Shown in pieces: positions 60,074 to 64,000 of a stretch of DNA of 64,000 nucleotides. Made by a program: the position numbers and the translations under genes. The notes below the pieces were generated by a model. It saw nothing but the letters and a program-made list of their open reading frames with translations. It was not told the origin of the DNA and did no database searches. The DNA is taken from assembly GCA_965153355.1 (NCBI GenBank), contig OZ231126.1:43090001-43154000 (forward strand). Reading direction: 5' to 3'. The DNA is from Flaccisagitta enflata (Eukaryota). The first letter of the stretch is position 1, and each line of letters begins with the position of its first letter.

Positions 60074-62654
60074 AGCGAGAGGAAGAGAAAGAGAGAGAAA
60101 GGAAAGTTGAAAAAAATTTACGCCTACAGACAGACAGATAAACAGAGAGAAAGACAGAGAAACACCATCACAAATTTGCACACAGCCACACATAAAGATA
60201 GCCATGGAAACAGATTTAAAAAGACAAACTGACGGTCAAATTCAAAGCCATATAGCAGACAGAAACATATACAAAGCGATTGATGGACATGAAGAGAAAA
60301 AAAACAAAGTACTTAAATGAGGACAGAAGCAAGGACAGAGGCTTATAAACGAGGCCGGATGGACTGCAAACTCAGTCGCATGCAGGGTCAGTCATGTAGG
60401 ACAAGAGGAGGCCATTGAGGCGCTTAAGCAAAAAACGCAGAAATGGACAATTGTGGTGAAAAGTGGCTTATAGAACCGCGAAACACATGACTAAAAATTG
60501 CCAAAACAAGGCCAACACCTTTGAGTTACGTGCGGGACATAGATAGCATCAGATGACTTCAAATGACTCAAGATAACTCAAAGTAACTTGATATGACTTG
60601 AAATGTCTTAAAAAGACTTAAAATGACTTAAACGACTAAATTGACCAATTTAACTTAAGTGACTTCATGTAGCTTAATATGAGTTAATATGACCTCAAAT
60701 GACTTAGAATGACCAAAAGTGACTCAAAGTATGATAAAAAAGTAAATTGTGACGGACCGACGGAAGGACCGACAGACCGACAAAGTGGGGTGTAGAGTCG
60801 CGTAGCACGCGACTAAAAAGCGAATCTGAGTTAGAGTATAAAAGAACCATCTGCTTCCAGACAAAAAGAGAATAAAGGAAACTCAAAAGAATCCTTTGAA
60901 TCTCTCTTTCTTTAAAAATAGTCTGTTGAAAAAAAAATAGAATTCCATTTTGCAGTAAATCAAAATGGCGTCAGGATTAATGAAATGAATGAGGAAGAAC
61001 TGCTAGATTCAAGGGATGAGTTAGTCGGCTGAGTTGGTGGGAGGTATAATGTGGTAGCCCACTTTTACTGGGCGGGTGGGTCGTCCAGCAGAAAATGTTT
61101 GTCAATGTTTCACAACCAGGCAATGGGAAAACGTAAGAGAAATCCATGACTATTTTGAATATCTGTAAAAGATCTTTCAAGTGAGACCTTGCTTTGTTCG
61201 TTTGGAAGTGGCCATGGCATTTGTAATTTCAGGATTTTCAAATTCGAAACTCTTTAATTTGCTCATGGATACCAAGTGACAAGTAACAAGTTGCATTTAC
61301 AGGAACAAGGCTGTATACGCGGCTACCCCAGCCGCGTGTGGGTGGGCATTGGGCAAGGGCCATATTTGAGATCACTAGAGCATTTGGGCAGGAGTAGTGA
61401 GGCCAAAGACCGCAAAAAAAAAAAAACGAAATGATTAAGTGTGACCGACCGACCAACCGACGAACGGGTAAAGCTGGGTAGAGAGTCGCGAAGCACGCGA
61501 CTGAAAACGGAAAGACAAAAATTGCTGGTTGAAAACAAATCAAATTTTGCACTGTTTTGATTAGCGATATCTTTCTTCAAACCTTTACCATTTCGAGTAA
61601 AGCGTAGCGTAGCGTAGCGTAGTAAAACGAGTAAAGCTATTTTCAAGATTTTTCACAGAGCTTTCAAGTTTCCATGGAATTTTTTTGATAGATTATGCCC
61701 ACAATAAAAAAAAGAAATTTGCGAAAAAGTTGGAAATCGCTATTTCTGCCGAATTCGCGTCATCCAAAAATCCGCGTTACGGACCGACGGACAGACGGAC
61801 CATCCGACCTCCGGACTACGAGCGCGCGACTAAAAAGGTATGCTCTGTATTCTTCTTGGATGAATCGTTCTTTCTCCCTTCCCGTCTCTCTGAATTTGAA
61901 TTTCGTCTATTATGGAGTTGAACATCTTTCATCTTTTATGGCCACATATTCCATTAACGCTTTCCTCCTCCGCGCCAAAACGGGGAATCAGCCATACATC
62001 ACCAAACCCAACTAAATCAGCCATACATCACCAAACCCAACTAAATCACCAAACCTAACTAAATGAGCAACTCGTAATTCACTTCATTTCTCAAGTAGTG
62101 AATGAATGAGTTGCCTGGATACAGGAATGAACCAGTGAGTGGCGAGATGTTCTATCACCGGTCCAACATTTTTTTTCACCTGTAACACTCACAGTTTAAC
62201 CATGAACAAGTGACGCGGGGTCACAATATCGTTGCGGATGGGTGGGAAGGGGCATCCAACCCCCATCCACACCCCAACCCCAACCCATCCCCAACACTCA
62301 AATATACACAAAAAGTATCCAAAACGCTTGTTTTCCCGCATTTCAACTCGATGACCCCCGACCGACAGATCGACGGACCGATGGACGGATGGACAAAGCC
62401 TCTTATAGAGTTGCATGTCCGCAACTAAAAACATACCAACTGTATTTGCCAAGATCTATGACAATGAAGAGACGGCAAAATATCGTCAGCCTTCGATAAG
62501 ACGAAACCGAGAACAAAAATGATTCATAAATCAGAAACGTGACAAACAAAACGAGAATCTGAGGCGCATTCAAATTTCAATGGAAGTCGGAAAACATGAA
62601 GGAGTTCGTAAGTTGAATGTCGAGACTCGTAATGTTGTCAACAAAAACAAACCA

Positions 62655-62767
<113 letters not shown>

Positions 62768-62869
62768 CACCAGTCACGGATTTTTTTCAAGCCCTCTGAA
62801 TATCGATATCCAAATATACGTATAATCTCAATGTCCACGCCTCCTCCTGAGTCCCGACTATTAAGCGTT

Positions 62870-63351
62870 TCATGGTCAGCGGTACCCGATGCCCATATTT
62901 GAGTGTATGTGGGAGTGAGATGATGAGAGGGGCAGCGCGGGGGCCTCGGAGAGACCGATGACCTATGATTCCACACTGGACGCATAGGGTCTTGAAAACC
63001 AGATTTGATGACCAAAGAGCCTTATAGGAGGTCGGAGATGCCTTATTTGAGGTCTTGGAGACCTAATTTGAGGCAAGAGTGGAGTGATTGCAGCCTGGCA
63101 GGAACTTGGATAATTGCAGGGTTAGAGAAACTGATTTGGGGGCGTTTGGGTCTAATTTCGGGTTCGATATGCATAATTTGAGGTCTGATATGCCAAACTT
63201 GGAGTCTGAGAGACCTAATTTGGGGTCTGAGAGACCTAATTCGGGGTCAAATAGCCCAGTTTAAGGCTTTGGCGGGGCGGGAGGTGGACAATTGGACAGA
63301 CGGACATATATGGACTGACGGATAGACAGACAGATGGACAAACAGACGATG

Positions 63352-63427
<76 letters not shown>

Positions 63428-63430
63428 GGC

Positions 63431-63477
<47 letters not shown>

Positions 63478-63478
63478 A

Positions 63479-63510
<32 letters not shown>

Positions 63511-63681
63511 CGACAGACAGACAGACAGACAGCCACAGACAGACTGACAGACAGACAGACTGACGGACAGACAGACGGACAGACAGACGGACAGATGGAC
63601 GGAAAATGGGAACTGAAGAAAATTTCCCTATGTGGAATCATAGGTCATTAGCACCTCTGCTCTGGCGCCGCTGCTCAAAAA
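62870..63681 (-). mobile_element. HINE family B copy with decayed 21-bp array and expanded (CAGA)n tract
   Basis: Tail TGGTCAGCGGTACCCGATGCCC; inverted GATGACCTATGATTCCACA / TGTGGAATCATAGGTCAT; ends GCCGCTGCTCAAAA. Confidence 0.7.
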
Positions 63682-64000
63682 CGAAAAATAGAGGAGAAGG
63701 ATTCATGGTAAATAATTGACATTCCGGGGGGGTAAAGGGAAATGGTGGTAAGTGGGTGGTAAAGGAGTGGTAACTAGAATGTGGTGGTAAGGGAAAATGG
63801 TGGCGCCTTGGAAGGTTATTGAGGCCGAGTATAGAAGGGAAAATTGGGCTTCCACAAGTGATATGCGCGAGGTCGATAGCGACTATCGAGTGAATAGGCT
63901 CCAGCAAGACCATTAGCCGACGAGGAAGACCACATATATGTATGTGTGTGCCCATATAGAAGGCAAGTTTGGTGGTGCCCATGGAATGCTTTTTATCGAA

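Overview
Repeat-dominated eukaryotic DNA, most likely from an invertebrate animal; the species cannot be determined from this window. Most of the 64 kb is simple-sequence repeats and non-autonomous DNA transposons. These include several families of Helentron-associated/DINE-1-like elements (HINEs), Tc1/mariner- and pogo-type MITEs with TA duplications, a Chapaev-like foldback with a 4-bp TSD and a CMC-like element with a 2-bp TSD, often nested 2-3 deep. Only one protein-coding gene is well supported. It lies on the minus strand in three phase-compatible exons (25781-24926, 22999-22851, 21896-20964; 645 aa) that the ORF track shows only as disconnected pieces. The predicted protein joins an N-terminal hydrophobic helix, a permuted papain-like (PPPDE/DeSI- or LRAT-like) His...NCxHF domain and a six-bladed KLHDC1/2/3-type Kelch propeller lacking a C-terminal BC-box. 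Other points of interest: intron 2 is bounded by an 11-bp direct repeat, HINE-internal tandem arrays mostly have 10/20/21-bp units, and several inserts are flanked by 35-93-bp direct repeats. Almost all other ORFs in the track are artefacts of microsatellites or repeats. All family assignments come from reading motifs by eye; no database searches were run.
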